NCBI GenBank assembly: GCA_951406725.2
Contig: OX597822.1
Location: forward strand, 27,218,001 to 27,282,000
Reading direction: 5' to 3'
From: Octopus vulgaris
Lineage: Eukaryota
DNA: 64,000 bases
Of the stretch, positions 25,505-37,737 are shown one piece after another (position 1 is the first letter of the stretch; every line of letters starts with the position of its first letter). The notes under the pieces were generated by a model that was given only the letters and a program-made list of their open reading frames with translations, was not told where the DNA came from and searched no databases. The position numbers and the translations under genes are program-made.

Positions 25505-25552
25505 CTTAACTGATGAAGCAACGAAAATGCTGAAACTGACGTCAGTAGTAAG
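25505..25552 (+). ncRNA. Type I hammerhead ribozyme motif (candidate)
   Basis: CUGAUGA (25510-16); helix II AGCA/UGCU; GAAA (25532-35); helix III CUGA/UCAG; GUA cleavage triplet (cut after 25547); helix I CUUA/UAAG with an A-G mismatch next to the core. Confidence 0.65.
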
Positions 25553-25692
25553 AATTCTCGATCGGCATTTTTCGGACGATCCATGTCCCTGTTAGTGTAT
25601 ATATTTTCCTTCATGTCCATTAACTACAGCATTAGAACATTTTAGCTCTTATTTCTAGCGATGTAGGTGTTTCTTAATACCCAAGTCACATG

Positions 25693-25749
<57 letters not shown>

Positions 25750-26022
25750 TATCAGGCACGTGTCGTCAGTAATTACCCGAAGTAGGCAGTTGGCGACTTT
25801 TATGTAGTAAAACACACAGAGGCGCGCGGCTGAGTTGAAGGCAGATCTATTTCTGTCTTTATAGCACGTAAAGAAAACGGTGTTGTAGAAATGTATTCAG
25901 AACATATACTACAGCTGTGCTATACATAGATTAGATACTGAGATTGAAAATCAGGAACGAATTATGCCTTCCTAATCTAAAAAAGCAAAACAGTTTGCCT
26001 TTTATGCATAGTAATTAGACTA

Positions 26023-26435
26023 ACTCTTTACTGTTTTATTCTTTTACTTGTTTTAGTCATTTGACTGCGGCCATGCTGGAGCACCGCCTTTAGTCAAGCA
26101 AATCGACCCCGGGACTTATTCTTTGTAAGCCTAGTACTTATTCTATCGGTCTCTTTTGCCGCACCGATAAGTTACAGGGACGTAAACTCACCAGCATCGG
26201 TTGTCAAGCGATGTTGGGGTGGAGGGACAAACACAGACACACAAACTCATACACCCATACATACATATATACGACGGGCTTCTTTCAGTTTCCGTCTACC
26301 AAATCCACTCACAAAGCTTAGGTCAACCCGAGGCTTTAGTAGAAGACACTTGCCCAAGGTGCCACTCAGTGGGAATGAACACAGAACCATGTGGTTCGTA
26401 AGCAAGCTACTTACCACACAGCCATTCCTGCGCCT
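26023..26435 (-). mobile_element. SINE family A, full length
   Basis: Reverse-complement match; shares diagnostic variants with the copy at 20825. Confidence 0.92.
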
Positions 26436-27433
26436 ACAACCTTCATTATTTTGTTGAATTAGGTGCATATTTTATCATGAGAGATAAATGTTGCTATCGA
26501 TCTATTTTTTCAAGGTATGCACCGTCTACCTTGCGCACCTAAGCGGCACGCACGCACACACACATACACACACACACACACACAAACACACACATGTGCT
26601 TGTGTATTATGTCTATGGAATACTCGGTCACATTATCATTTTATCCTATAATTCAGATTGTGTCTGTAAAGCTGTGGGTTACACCAATTAATTCATCGTC
26701 GGAACCGATGCAGGAGTCCGGTCCATCGCAACAAATAAATCGTAGAAGTTAGTCTCTGCGTTTTCACTTTGTTGAAAACATAAAACAATTAATGGCAGAC
26801 AAGCTTGCTGGAAAGAAAAATTACAAAGCGAAACAAAACAAAACAAAAAGAAAATGAATAACAAAAGAAAAGGAAAAGAATCACAAACAGGAAGAAATAA
26901 ATAAAACTACAGCAAGGTCATTGATGTGCCAAATTGATATATCAGCTAACAATCAACAAATTGGAGGTTCTGCGACCTATGTGTTGGTTTCTCATGGCGT
27001 GCTCTTTAATCTTATAACGCTTCGGTCCGACATAATCGATGTTATGTATTAAATAGGTTTCTTTTTCCGTCTCCGTCGATCTCTCCATCCTCGTCTCCGA
27101 CTCTGCTGCCTTTGTCGTCTTCGCCACTTTACGCATCTTTGTGTGAAGTAAAATTGTCTAGATTATAATAGCCAGGAAGAAAGTTGGTGGAAAGCGACGA
27201 AAACGGCGGCGGCGGCGGTGGTGCTTGTAGACGTTTAATAATGACTATAATTAAAATGGTCAAAACAAATACCAATAATATATTGCCTTTGATGTGGCGC
27301 TAAAGTTAAGGTTTATTTGTCTCATTTTATCATTTCGTTTAAGAAGTTTTCTTTTCTGTTGGGAAGAGGGTAAAGGAATAAATACAAGGAATTACGATCA
27401 GAGTTTATACAGCTGTATATTCTAAGAAATCAT

Positions 27434-27479
<46 letters not shown>

Positions 27480-27563
27480 TGTGTGTGTGTGTGTGTGTGT
27501 GTATACACGTATATATACATATGTCTATCACTGTGGTACATATATCCATGCATATTTGTCTGC

Positions 27564-27611
<48 letters not shown>

Positions 27612-27623
27612 ATATATATATAT

Positions 27624-27679
<56 letters not shown>

Positions 27680-27731
27680 CTGAATATATAGATGGGTATC
27701 TAGGGATTTGTCTGTACGCGCGTGTATGTTT

Positions 27732-27768
<37 letters not shown>

Positions 27769-28111
27769 TGCTAGCTCGCTAGTCTCACTTCCAGGTTCTT
27801 CCGCGAGAGAAAGATAAAGTTAAAGTAGATAATATTCTATCGAGAAAATGATATACCCCTTCTACTATCGATGCAACAGAAATGGATTAACAGCAGCGAG
27901 ACGAAGGACGGCACTCAATCCCTATGCTTTGTTGAAACGCCGAATAAATTTGTCCGTGATATTTAGTTATGCCTCCCTAGGTGAGCTGAGGCTGTTGTTG
28001 TTTTCGTAGCCCTGAGATCAATAAAATATAATACCAGAGATGTACTAAAATATGGGATTAATCTTAAAAATCAAGATTTTCGTTTCACTGTAACCTACTT
28101 GTGGTTCAAAT

Positions 28112-28333
28112 AAGGCGGCGAGCTGGCAGAAACGTTAGTACGCCGGGCGAAATTCGTAGCCGTATTTCGTCTGTCGTTATATTCCAAGTTCAAATTCCGC
28201 CGAGGTCGACTTTGCCTTTCATCGATAAATTAAGTACCAGTTACGCACTGGGGTCGATGTAATCGACTTAGTCCGTTTGTCTGTCCTTGTTTGTTCTCTC
28301 TGTGTTTAGCCCTTTGTGTGTAGTTAAGAAGTA
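28112..28333 (+). mobile_element. SINE family B with TSD
   Basis: 16-bp TSD TACTT(G/A)TGGTTCAAAT at 28096-28111 and 28334-28349. Confidence 0.9.
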
Positions 28334-28611
28334 TACTTATGGTTCAAATCCCTCTCGGACAACTACTTGGCATCTTCCTGATGTCTTCAACATGACTACC
28401 CTTAATATATAAGGATCACATCTATGTAATATCTCTGTTTCTATAAATTTGTCATGAGTTCTAGTGTAACGATACTGCATTTAGTCTTCTATTTTACTCG
28501 GTACAGATGTTCAATGTTCAAATTTTGTTGACCTCGACTTCACTGTTCAGTTATTCATGGCGGATGATATAAGTAGCGGCCACGTTTAGCATATAATATA
28601 TTAACCAATCG

Positions 28612-29240
28612 TAGGTTTAACTTGAGTTTGGCGCTCCCCCATCCACGATTTTGTTTCATAACAATTTTTAAACAATGCTTTTATGTTGATGAAATTTTGC
28701 AGAGATACGTTTTCGAAGGTTTCTGTGATGATTATATTAATGGATTATAAAATATACTTTATTGGATATTCTTAAACCAAGAGAAACGGATGTAATCCTC
28801 TTTTGATCCATTCAAGCATTAAAAAATATCTATGATATCATAATGAATATTATTCATTCAGCATGGCTGAAACATAAGAGTAACAAGAAACTGGAGACTC
28901 TCTATCTGAATTGAAGCAAAAAAAGTATGAACTGGAAAATTCTTTTATCACGTTCCCCGATTTCATGTCGGTGATGAATACAATTATATCGTCTTATGTC
29001 AGATAATGTCAGATAACGTGCAATGACCATGAATATGTTATTTAATTGCATTAAAATTTGTGAAAATCTTTATTTTGTTTTTAGTAAAAACAATAGTAAA
29101 AATATATTTATATCATCAGCTTATTCTTATCGACACCTTTAAAAATACATCTTTGCGAAATCTCTTTTAAAATAATCGTTATTAAGAAAGCTATGAAGAA
29201 ACAAAATCGGCAAGCGGACACCAAATTGAAGTGACACCTA
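28612..29240. mobile_element. Old DNA transposon remnant with degenerate TIRs
   Basis: TAGGTTTAACTTGAGTTTGG...CGATTTTGTTTC on the left versus inverted GAAACAAAATCG...CCAAATTGAAGTGACACCTA on the right. Confidence 0.45.
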
Positions 29241-29719
29241 TTCACATACCAATTTCCTTGTCCCAGTTTGAGAAAGCAATAATTATACAGAATGCAAATA
29301 TAGACACAGGAACATTGTGCTTCAAGATGTTCCTTTATAATATTTTTGATTAGCTTCTACAGGCATTATTTAAATTTAATTGCAAGAATATTTGTTAAGA
29401 AGGTACTACTAGAAGAAATCTTTCTAATTTAGGTAATGGCATGATGACTGGACATCATTGATAAACATCACATTCTAGTCAAGTTAATCTCGTAATAATC
29501 ATGGACTTGGCAATCAATATAGAATTCTTATACGAAATTAAGAATCAACCCACCTGGCTTCTCTATTGATGCTGCTGTCGATGATTTCAATGAATCTTTA
29601 ATGATATTTATGACGTCATAAACAGAACGCCATTGACAGAAGCGAACAAACTGGTGAGATATTTCCGCATGCCAGTTTGACTTCATGTTAAAAGCAATTC
29701 ACTTCACTTATATCAGTAA

Positions 29720-30262
29720 TGGCTTCTGATTTACACATAATGCCAGAAATTTTGAGGAGAGAGGATCAATCGATCACATTGGCTTAAGTATTTGACTGGT
29801 ACTTATATTATCGATTCCAAAATTATGAAAGGCAAAGTTAACCTTGGCGGGATTTGAACACAGAATCTTAAGACTAGGGAACAAATGTTATTGAATGGAT
29901 ATCTTCGTTTCTTTTATGTTTTATGTTTTTACATTTTCACTTGTTTCACAAGACTGCGGCCATGGGGTTTAGTCGAACAAATGTACACCATTCCTTATTC
30001 CGACGATCCCCGAAGCCGAACTGCTACGGCGGGAGATAGAGGACGAACACAAACACAAAGACACACTAATACATATAAATACTATATTCATATATATACA
30101 TATATACAACGGGTTTTCACATGGTTTTCGGCTACCAAATTTTCTCACAAGATATTCGTTGACTCTGGGCTATAGTTGAAGATACTGGCCATAGGTAGCG
30201 AGCAGTGGGATGGAACCCGAAATTACGTGAGTGCAAAGCGAGCTTCAGCAATGCCAGCGCCG
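29720..30262 (-). mobile_element. Adjacent degraded SINEs: family B (29720-29890) and family A (29930-30262)
   Basis: CTGGTACTT...TGAAAGGCAAAGTTAACCTTGGCGGGATTTGAAC, and ACTTGTTTCA...CTACCAAATT...CAGTGGGATGGAACCC. Confidence 0.65.
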
Positions 30263-30351
30263 AATGAGGAAATTTGTGATGGAAAAAATTGGATTATTTC
30301 GGTCTAAAACTCATGGTTTGACTTCATTGAAAATTTCTGACTTGATAAAAT

Positions 30352-30400
<49 letters not shown>

Positions 30401-30725
30401 TGGAGAGAGAGAGAGTTGGAAAATAAAAGAAATTCAAATTTTTAAGTTGCAAAGGATGTTTTCCTCCGAAAAATTATTTGTGATTTTTATAACACTACAA
30501 CTGTTAAGAAATTGTCAATAAACCTGACGAATGAAAGTCAAACCAACACGATCAACAGACTGTAAAACAGGGTCTCTATTCAAAGCTGTTTTTTTTTTAT
30601 TACGTCTACAATTCATTGAAAGAAGCACGAATGTCGCAAAACGTACGCTTTTAATAAAAGAATTGTTGATATTGAAGATATACAAACTGTTGTAGTATAC
30701 GCTAAATAGATAAAACACTTAGGTA

Positions 30726-30932
30726 GTGGAGGCGCAATGGCCCAGTGGTTAGGGCAGCGGACTCGCGGTTTCGATTCCCAGACCGGGCGTTGTGAGTGTT
30801 TATTGAGCGAAAACACCTAAAAGCTCCACAAGGCTCCGGCAGGGATGGTGGTGATCCCTGCTGTACTCTTGCAGGCTGTTCCGTTGATCGGATCAACCGG
30901 AACCCTCGTCGTCGTAACCGACGGAGTGCTTC
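30726..30932 (+). mobile_element. SINE family C, internally deleted, tail type 1
   Basis: Head GTGGAGGCGCAATGGCCCAGTGG joined to GCAGGCTGTTCCGTTGATCGG...GGAGTGC. Confidence 0.88.
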
Positions 30933-30964
30933 CATCCATAACACTGTGTCGGAAATTATATCAT

Positions 30965-31130
30965 TTATCTTTTAGTAGTTTCAGTCATCGGTCTGCGGCC
31001 ATGCTGGGGCAACACCTTGAATAATTTTAGTCAAATGAATCGGCCACAGAGCTTACTTTTTAAAGCCCGGTACGTATTCGATTGGACTTTTGTCCAAATA
31101 CTAAGGTATGAGGGCGTAAATTAACTAACA
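30965..31130 (-). mobile_element. SINE family A, 3' fragment, degraded
   Basis: GTTTCAGTCAT...GCGGCCATGCTGG. Confidence 0.6.
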
Positions 31131-32467
31131 CACACACACACACACACATAGACACACACAAGTATGTACGGACGCACGCACACACATACACACACACACA
31201 CACTCACAGGATTCTATTCTCATCATTAGAGCCTTGCAAACTGTGATAAAGAATAGAGAAAGCCTTGGAAAATTAGGCCTGTATCTGCCACCGGTTGCAG
31301 TGCAGAAAACCTATTTTCTTGGTTAAGCTAGAACTGTACGGTGACTTCTCAAAAAATAAATAAATAAATAAATAAAAGAACAGAAATGAAGGAAAAAAGA
31401 AAATCCCTTTTGTATAGGAGGTAGAAATTAAAATGTCTTCTCATCCAAGACCATGACCCGTAGTTCGATAGAAAGAATAATTAAACCGGTTACATTACCA
31501 ATGCCGTGTTGTCAATATTAATAACAACAACAACAACAACAAAAACAGTAGTAGTAGTAGTAGTGGTGGTGGTGGTGATGATGATGATGATGACGATGGT
31601 GATGATGATTTTTTCACCAATACACAAGGATAATTTGAAGAAGGAGACGTGGTTTTTGCAATGTGCAACACAAAACGGAAGTGCTGCGAGTAGCGAATTG
31701 TGCGATTGGGTTATCTCCACTTTAACGTAGTAGTTAACCATTCGGTACGAGAATCATCTCTTGAACTGTGTCATCAACAGACAGTATCAGCTAAGATGGA
31801 AGATGGAAGACATCACTCTTATAATAAGCAGAAAATTCAAACAACGAAACAGTTCGTATTTTTTTATATCGACACAAGATGAAATGTTGAGAAAATCCGA
31901 AGTAATCTGAGGAAAGATAAACAAACATGTGCATTGGCGTTTTGTATTAATGCAGCTATTTCTAGACACTCTTGCGAACAGCAACAGGGTAGCGGTTATA
32001 GAAAATATCATTGAGTAAGTGAAGAGAGTTTCGACAACAAAGGTTCCACTTGGTATTTTGCTTCAACTTTACTTGTTTCATTTCTGGAAATATCACATCG
32101 AACTATTTAATTTTTTCATTCGAATTAGAGTATTATTTGTGATCTGCATCAGTAAAATGCATCTAATAAGGTCTACAACTTAGGAAAATTCCGTATGTCG
32201 CGATGAGACTAGAGTATTGAAGTTTACAGCGAAGTTGTCTTCCAGTTAAAGAAATTAGAAAAAAAAAAAGGATCGCATTGAGGAAAACAGGCTTCAAGAA
32301 CGGACAAAAGAGAAAAATGGTTTAGTATTTAATTTTTTCAGCAGTATTCATTTTTTTTTCTTTTATGTTGAAACATATAATCAGAGAAAAATTATTTAGG
32401 AGAACGAACAGAAGAAATAAATTAGTAATCATTAGAAGCGTATGTCTTTTCTACTGTTGTTGCTGTT

Positions 32468-32745
32468 GCTGTTGAGCGAACGGTCTTCGTCGCAGAGCTC
32501 GTAAGATGGGAGAAGTCCGAAACGGGGTCCTTTGCTATTCGTAAGACCCGCAGAAGAGAAAGCAGGTCAACCCCCGACACCGAGAGCATCGACGGATGTA
32601 TGAATGCGCATCCAAGCTCGGCGGTTGCGTAGGAAGTCGGGGACAAGAAACTGGAAGAAAGAGTGAAGAGAAAGTTGGAGTGAAAGAGTACAACAGGGGT
32701 CGCCAGCCCCCCCCCCGCCCCGTCTTTTCTGGGCCATTGCGCCTC
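32468..32745 (-). mobile_element. SINE family C head (internally deleted) with tail type 4 and TSD
   Basis: Minus strand GAGGCGCAATGGCCCAG...CCCTGTTGTACTCTTTCACTCCAACTTTCTC then a unique tail ending GACCGTTCGCT-CAA. 14-bp TSD CTGTTGTTGCTGTT at 32454-32467 and 32746-32759. Confidence 0.85.
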
Positions 32746-33292
32746 CTGTTGTTGCTGTTTGAGGTGATCAAGAGAGTATCACCCGTCGAGGGCGGGTAAC
32801 TCTGGAAGTAAACATTTTGTTTTTCACTATGGATTATATTAGGAAATATGGCACAGGTTCAATAATTATGATTTAACTTTTATGAAATAGCCTGATTCTT
32901 ATATAAAATAATGAAATGAATACTAATATTCAAGCGAAAAGTATTTATTACCTTAAAATTTAATCATATAGGAAATTTTCTCATTTGAACATAAGCAATA
33001 AATCTTATCTTTTGCTGTTTTATTGTCATAATCTGCTCTGTTTCAAACACATGATTGCATATTTCATTAAGAAAATTGCAGTCTTCTAAAAATTACCCTT
33101 GCCTGCTCCCAAGCCTCATACGCGTCTTATGTTAACTCGTTCAATATAGCTCTTCTACCGTCTATACCACTCTCTCTATATGATGTAAAACGTGTATAAA
33201 GAAAGCAACCAATCTACCGACTAGCCGACCAACCAGCGTTTCTATTAGTTATTATCAAATGATTAATAGCGACAAAACAGTATTAAGGAGGC

Positions 33293-33502
33293 TGTGTTAG
33301 AACACAATACTCCGTTATTTACTGTGAGAGAATGTCACAAGAACTCGTGATATATAAAAGCACTCGCGATCTGGCAGTTCCGGCGGCCGTAGCTGACGAT
33401 TCTTATCTGTCAATGATATGATGATGGATGCTTTTATGTGCCATGAATTCTTATGAGAGATTCTCTCAAGTTAAATAACGTAGTATAGTGTGTTCTAACA
33501 CA
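33293..33502. mobile_element. MITE-like element with ~55-bp imperfect TIRs (TGT...ACA ends)
   Basis: TGTGTTAGAACACAATACTCCGTTATTTACTGTGAGAGAAT versus inverted ATTCTCTCAAGTTAAATAACGTAGTATAGTGTGTTCTAACACA; the right end is duplicated at 33509-33529. Confidence 0.6.
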
Positions 33503-34469
33503 ATCTGCGTATAGTGTGTTCTAACACAAGTTGGCGATCAAGATTACCTTTCTGCTATTATTATATAGGGAGATTTATATCTGCTGGTCATGTGCTCGGC
33601 AAATTCAAATGGAGGAGGCTTCTGTTGCAATGAAATTAATATCGATGTTTAGAAGTTGTTCATGGTGTTTAACCTCAGGCAATATGACATGCGTAAAGCA
33701 GGCAACTGTATATTTTCGTTGCTACTATATAAAAAAAAAAGGCAACAAAACTAAACAAAGAAAGAAAGAAGTAAAAAGGCAATCACCATCTGCCAGAAAT
33801 GTAAAATTTCTATCAAAGTTACTTCAATGGAAGTTATCTCCAACGTTCATTTCCTCTTCTCGAACTTACCCCGTACAATACATCATCTTAATTGAAATAT
33901 TTCCTGATAAGGAAACTCGATTATTTATGGTAAATAACGAACGTGATCTCCAGTGTACACACGAGAAATATTTCGATTATTTGCGATAAATATAGCTATA
34001 AAATCTAGGGGGACATTTGGTTAGTATATATATATATATATATACAGTACTTATACGTTGCATCTTTGAAATATGTATAAACTGATATACAAAACAACAA
34101 AGAAAAAACAGAACTCTTGGATTGGTTCTATTGCCAAATATAGCATGGCAAAAGAGAAGAGCAATCTTCTGAAATATTCACATTAGATAAATACAGAAAC
34201 CCTTGATTACTTGTCAAAAATATAACAAACTATTTCCCTAAGATTTTCGTCTTCTAACAAAAGATTCCAGTCTGATAATTATAGAAAGAATTCTATCCCC
34301 GAATCTTCCCCTGTTTTCGAATGTATAGAGCGCAAATTAATTTGCGTGAGTGTTATAAAACAGATGTTAACTGTAAAACAAATTAGATTTGAAAGCAACT
34401 ATTCTTAAATTATTAATACTTATTGCCAAACTAACGTGTCAGTCCAGAGAAATAGGAAGAATGCTGCTA

Positions 34470-35072
34470 TTGATTAGCTCCGAGAAGCGATCGCCTCTAG
34501 CTGGCTATATGACGCACAAATCTGCGTCACAAATCCCCTTCGAACAGGAGAGGTCTTCAACTTCCCCTTGCTGGCTTGGCAACCACAAACCGGTTCCGGA
34601 GTAATTGCCCCTTATGAATGTGGAGCAGCCGAGTCCAGAACGGTTGCTGTTGTACTCTGTTCTAAGGTTTTAATTATATATATATTCAGTGAAACACATT
34701 CACTGATTTTCGAAAATAGAAATGTTATAGTTTCTAACTCTCTCTAAAGCAGCAGTACTGGGCATTATTCGTCTAGCTCCTTCGAACAGGAGAGGTTATC
34801 AACTTGTCCTTGCTGGTTTGGCATCCACAGACCGGTTTCGGGGTAATTTCCCCTTATCAATGTGGAGTAGCTGAGTCCAGCAGGGGTCGCTGTTGACCTC
34901 TGTTCGAAGTGCTGGACTCTGCTGCTCCACATTGATAAATTACCCCGAAACCGGTCTGTGGATGCCAAGCCAGCAAGGACAAGTTGATAACCTCCCCTGT
35001 TCGAAGGTTTATGGACGCACAAATCTGCATCTTATAGCTTGCTAGAGGCGATCGCCTCTCGGAGCTAATCAA
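34470..35072. repeat. Three copies of a GC-rich structured module: two direct (34470-34647, 34779-34909) and one inverted (34910-35072)
   Basis: CCTTCGAACAGGAGAGG...GAGTCCAG is read directly twice and once as the reverse complement. Confidence 0.9.
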
Positions 35073-36235
35073 GGGTATGCATTTGCAATCCAGGAACAAG
35101 AAATATCAAGCAAATACCTAATGCACAAAAGGGACAGAGATTCAGGAAAAGCAGTAAACTATGGCAACCGAAGCAGACTTGGTGGAGTTAACACCGAAGA
35201 TATCGTCCACATCATAAACAGTTGTCCAAAAATGTCTTCACGTTATTATCCACCGACGAGACATAATGTTATAGCTTGGGACACTGCATAATGAGATGTT
35301 TCGAAAGGACAACCCCGAGGACAATGAAATAAGAACCCACAGTAGGATAGAAGCCATAGTCACTCATAATGAAAAGGGATACTGGTGGAATGTACCGGTG
35401 AAAACCTCAATAAAATATAAACACAACACACCTGATATGATGATTTGGACAGAGAGGAGAAACTATGTACAGTTGTGGAAATCAGCTGCCCAGCGGATGT
35501 TAACATAAAGCTGAAAATCAATGAAAAAGAGGATACCTACGCCGAACTATCGAGAAATCTGCAATTATTCTATCCAGATTACAAGTTCAGGTTTATACCT
35601 GTAATTATTGGGGCCCTGAGATATGTAAAAGCCTGTCTAAATACCAATCTTGAAAAATTAGGCTTCTCAAAACCAAAAAGGAGAAAGCAGATTCGAAGAC
35701 TACAGAAAAAAATCTGCAAAACTATCCAGAAGTTTATCATTTAAATAAATATTAGCATGTTTAGATATGCAACTATATGCATGAGAATACATACATAAAA
35801 CAAAACATACAAATCTGCACGTATACATACATACATACATACATACATACATACATGCATACATACATACATGCATTCATGCATACATACATACATACAT
35901 ACATACATGCATACATACATACATGCATACATACATACATGCATACATACATACATACATACATACATACATACATACATGCATGCATGCATGCATGCAT
36001 ACATACATACATACATACATACATACATACATACATACATACAGACAGACATACATACATACATACATACATACATACATACATACATACATACATACAT
36101 ACATACATGCATGCATGCATGCAAAAATACTCTATTGTTGATGTTGAAATTCCAGTGAAGGAGCCTTGGATCTAGGTTAGGAACGGACACTTTCTCTATT
36201 GGCAAGAAATCTCGAAATGAAGCAGAATAATAACA
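35073..36235 (+). mobile_element. R4/Dong-like non-LTR retrotransposon remnant: restriction-like endonuclease region plus putative 3' UTR
   Basis: Frameshifted translation GYAFAIQEQEI...RSRLGG...EDIVHIINSC (decayed CCHC)...RHNVIA...WWNVPVKT...HNTPDMMIW/DREEK...VVEISCP...KEDTYAEL...IPVIIGAL gives RLE PD-(D/E)xK motifs. (CATA)n at 35780-36120 precedes a unique 3' segment. Confidence 0.85.
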
Positions 36236-36615
36236 CACACACGCCCCATCCCCCCCACACACACATGTATATGTATAATCGAATAAGGTGTGGATGAATG
36301 TGCATATGTATATCTGCGTGTGCGTGTGTTTATGCACGTTACGCATGTTTATTTGCTTGCATGTATAACCCCCAGGTATAAAAACGAAAGAAAAGAACAC
36401 ACAACACGAGTTGTAGAGGTTAAATATTTGTATCAAGAATTTGCAACACTTCTGCATTTCTTATGCATTCCTTAAAGCAAAACCCGTAAATAGTGTCCCT
36501 TGTCATTATTTCCAAAACGACATGGCATTAATAAATAAGTGCTGAATGTGAGAAAGGTAAAAACATCTCAGTTTTCTTCCAGATCAACCCCCATGCTAGC
36601 CCCTCCTAAACTATA

Positions 36616-37132
36616 TCTATATATATAAAACTGTAGTTGTGTGAGTGTCTGTCCCCTTCGATTTAGATTCCTAACTCCTCCCACATTTTGCGGTGCAGTT
36701 TAACCAAATTCGGGTATCTTATAGTCGTGATTCATATCGAGCCCGTCTGAGTATTAGCGCGCGTCTACGATGAGTCTACGATTTAAAAAATAATTTAACA
36801 TCATTTTTTATTCCATTTTAATGCATAATTTTTCGTGTGTCGATGGCGGCGGAGTTGGCGTCTACTCTCAAACACCTGCACCTGTGTTTGCTTCTCCCCC
36901 TTCTTCCCTCCCTCGTGAAGCTGTGGGGAAGGGAGTTTAAGGAAATCAACGTCGTAATGCGTTGTCAAGGAGACCAGCGTTCTTTTAGAACAACGACTTC
37001 ATGGCTTGAAGACACCGAAACAGAAATGGCTAAGAAAGCCCGAATTGGCATCTATATAGGAAGTAACTCTCTAAAAATGCTTATATAGTTATTTCCCTTA
37101 CAAACCCGAGCAACGCCGGGCGATACTGCTAG
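36616..37132 (+). mobile_element. Non-autonomous Helitron, copy 2 (517 bp)
   Basis: A|TC...hairpin...CTAG|T; about 16 substitutions relative to copy 1 by eye. Confidence 0.92.
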
Positions 37133-37658
37133 TTACAAATAATAATTGTTTTATTTTCTAAGTTTCGATTAACTAACACTAAATATCTGAAGTGATATAG
37201 GCAACTTCTTTACGTATAAGTTTTACCACAGCATAAACGTAGATTTTAAACAACTTTTTACAAAGTTATAATTTGCTGTTTAGGGCGTACTATATCCAGT
37301 ACTAGAAAAAAAATACCCAAACAGCTATAACACTATTTCCCTCGGTGTCCTAAGTTCAATGATTGAATGACATTTGATATGATTGAATGACATTTGATTG
37401 AATGACATGTATACATGTATGTGGTTGGCATCCTTTCTGTCTCGGCAGACAATGGAGTTGCGCATAAAGTAGTCTAGTCCGGCTTTTATATTTCATGTCC
37501 TGATACATTTCCTGCTGTGGCTGTGTAGTCCTATCCTGGACAAACACTCCCTCTGGCAGGTACCGCAAATATAGCGAAGACTGTTCCTGGCTGGTTGTAA
37601 TGCCATGGTTTCTTGTTGACGTCTCTTCTTTTCTTTCCATTGTATGTATGTATGTATG

Positions 37659-37719
<61 letters not shown>

Positions 37720-37737
37720 GGGAGAGAGTTCCCGAAA

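Noticed and set aside
33531-33989. 152-aa ORF
   Set aside because: TTG start, runs through poly-A tracts, no recognisable motif or splice context.
36145-36190. Hammerhead-like motif in the putative LINE 3' UTR, and similar strings near 24620 and 52350
   Set aside because: Core nucleotides are altered at one or more positions and helices are weak or absent; cannot be supported.
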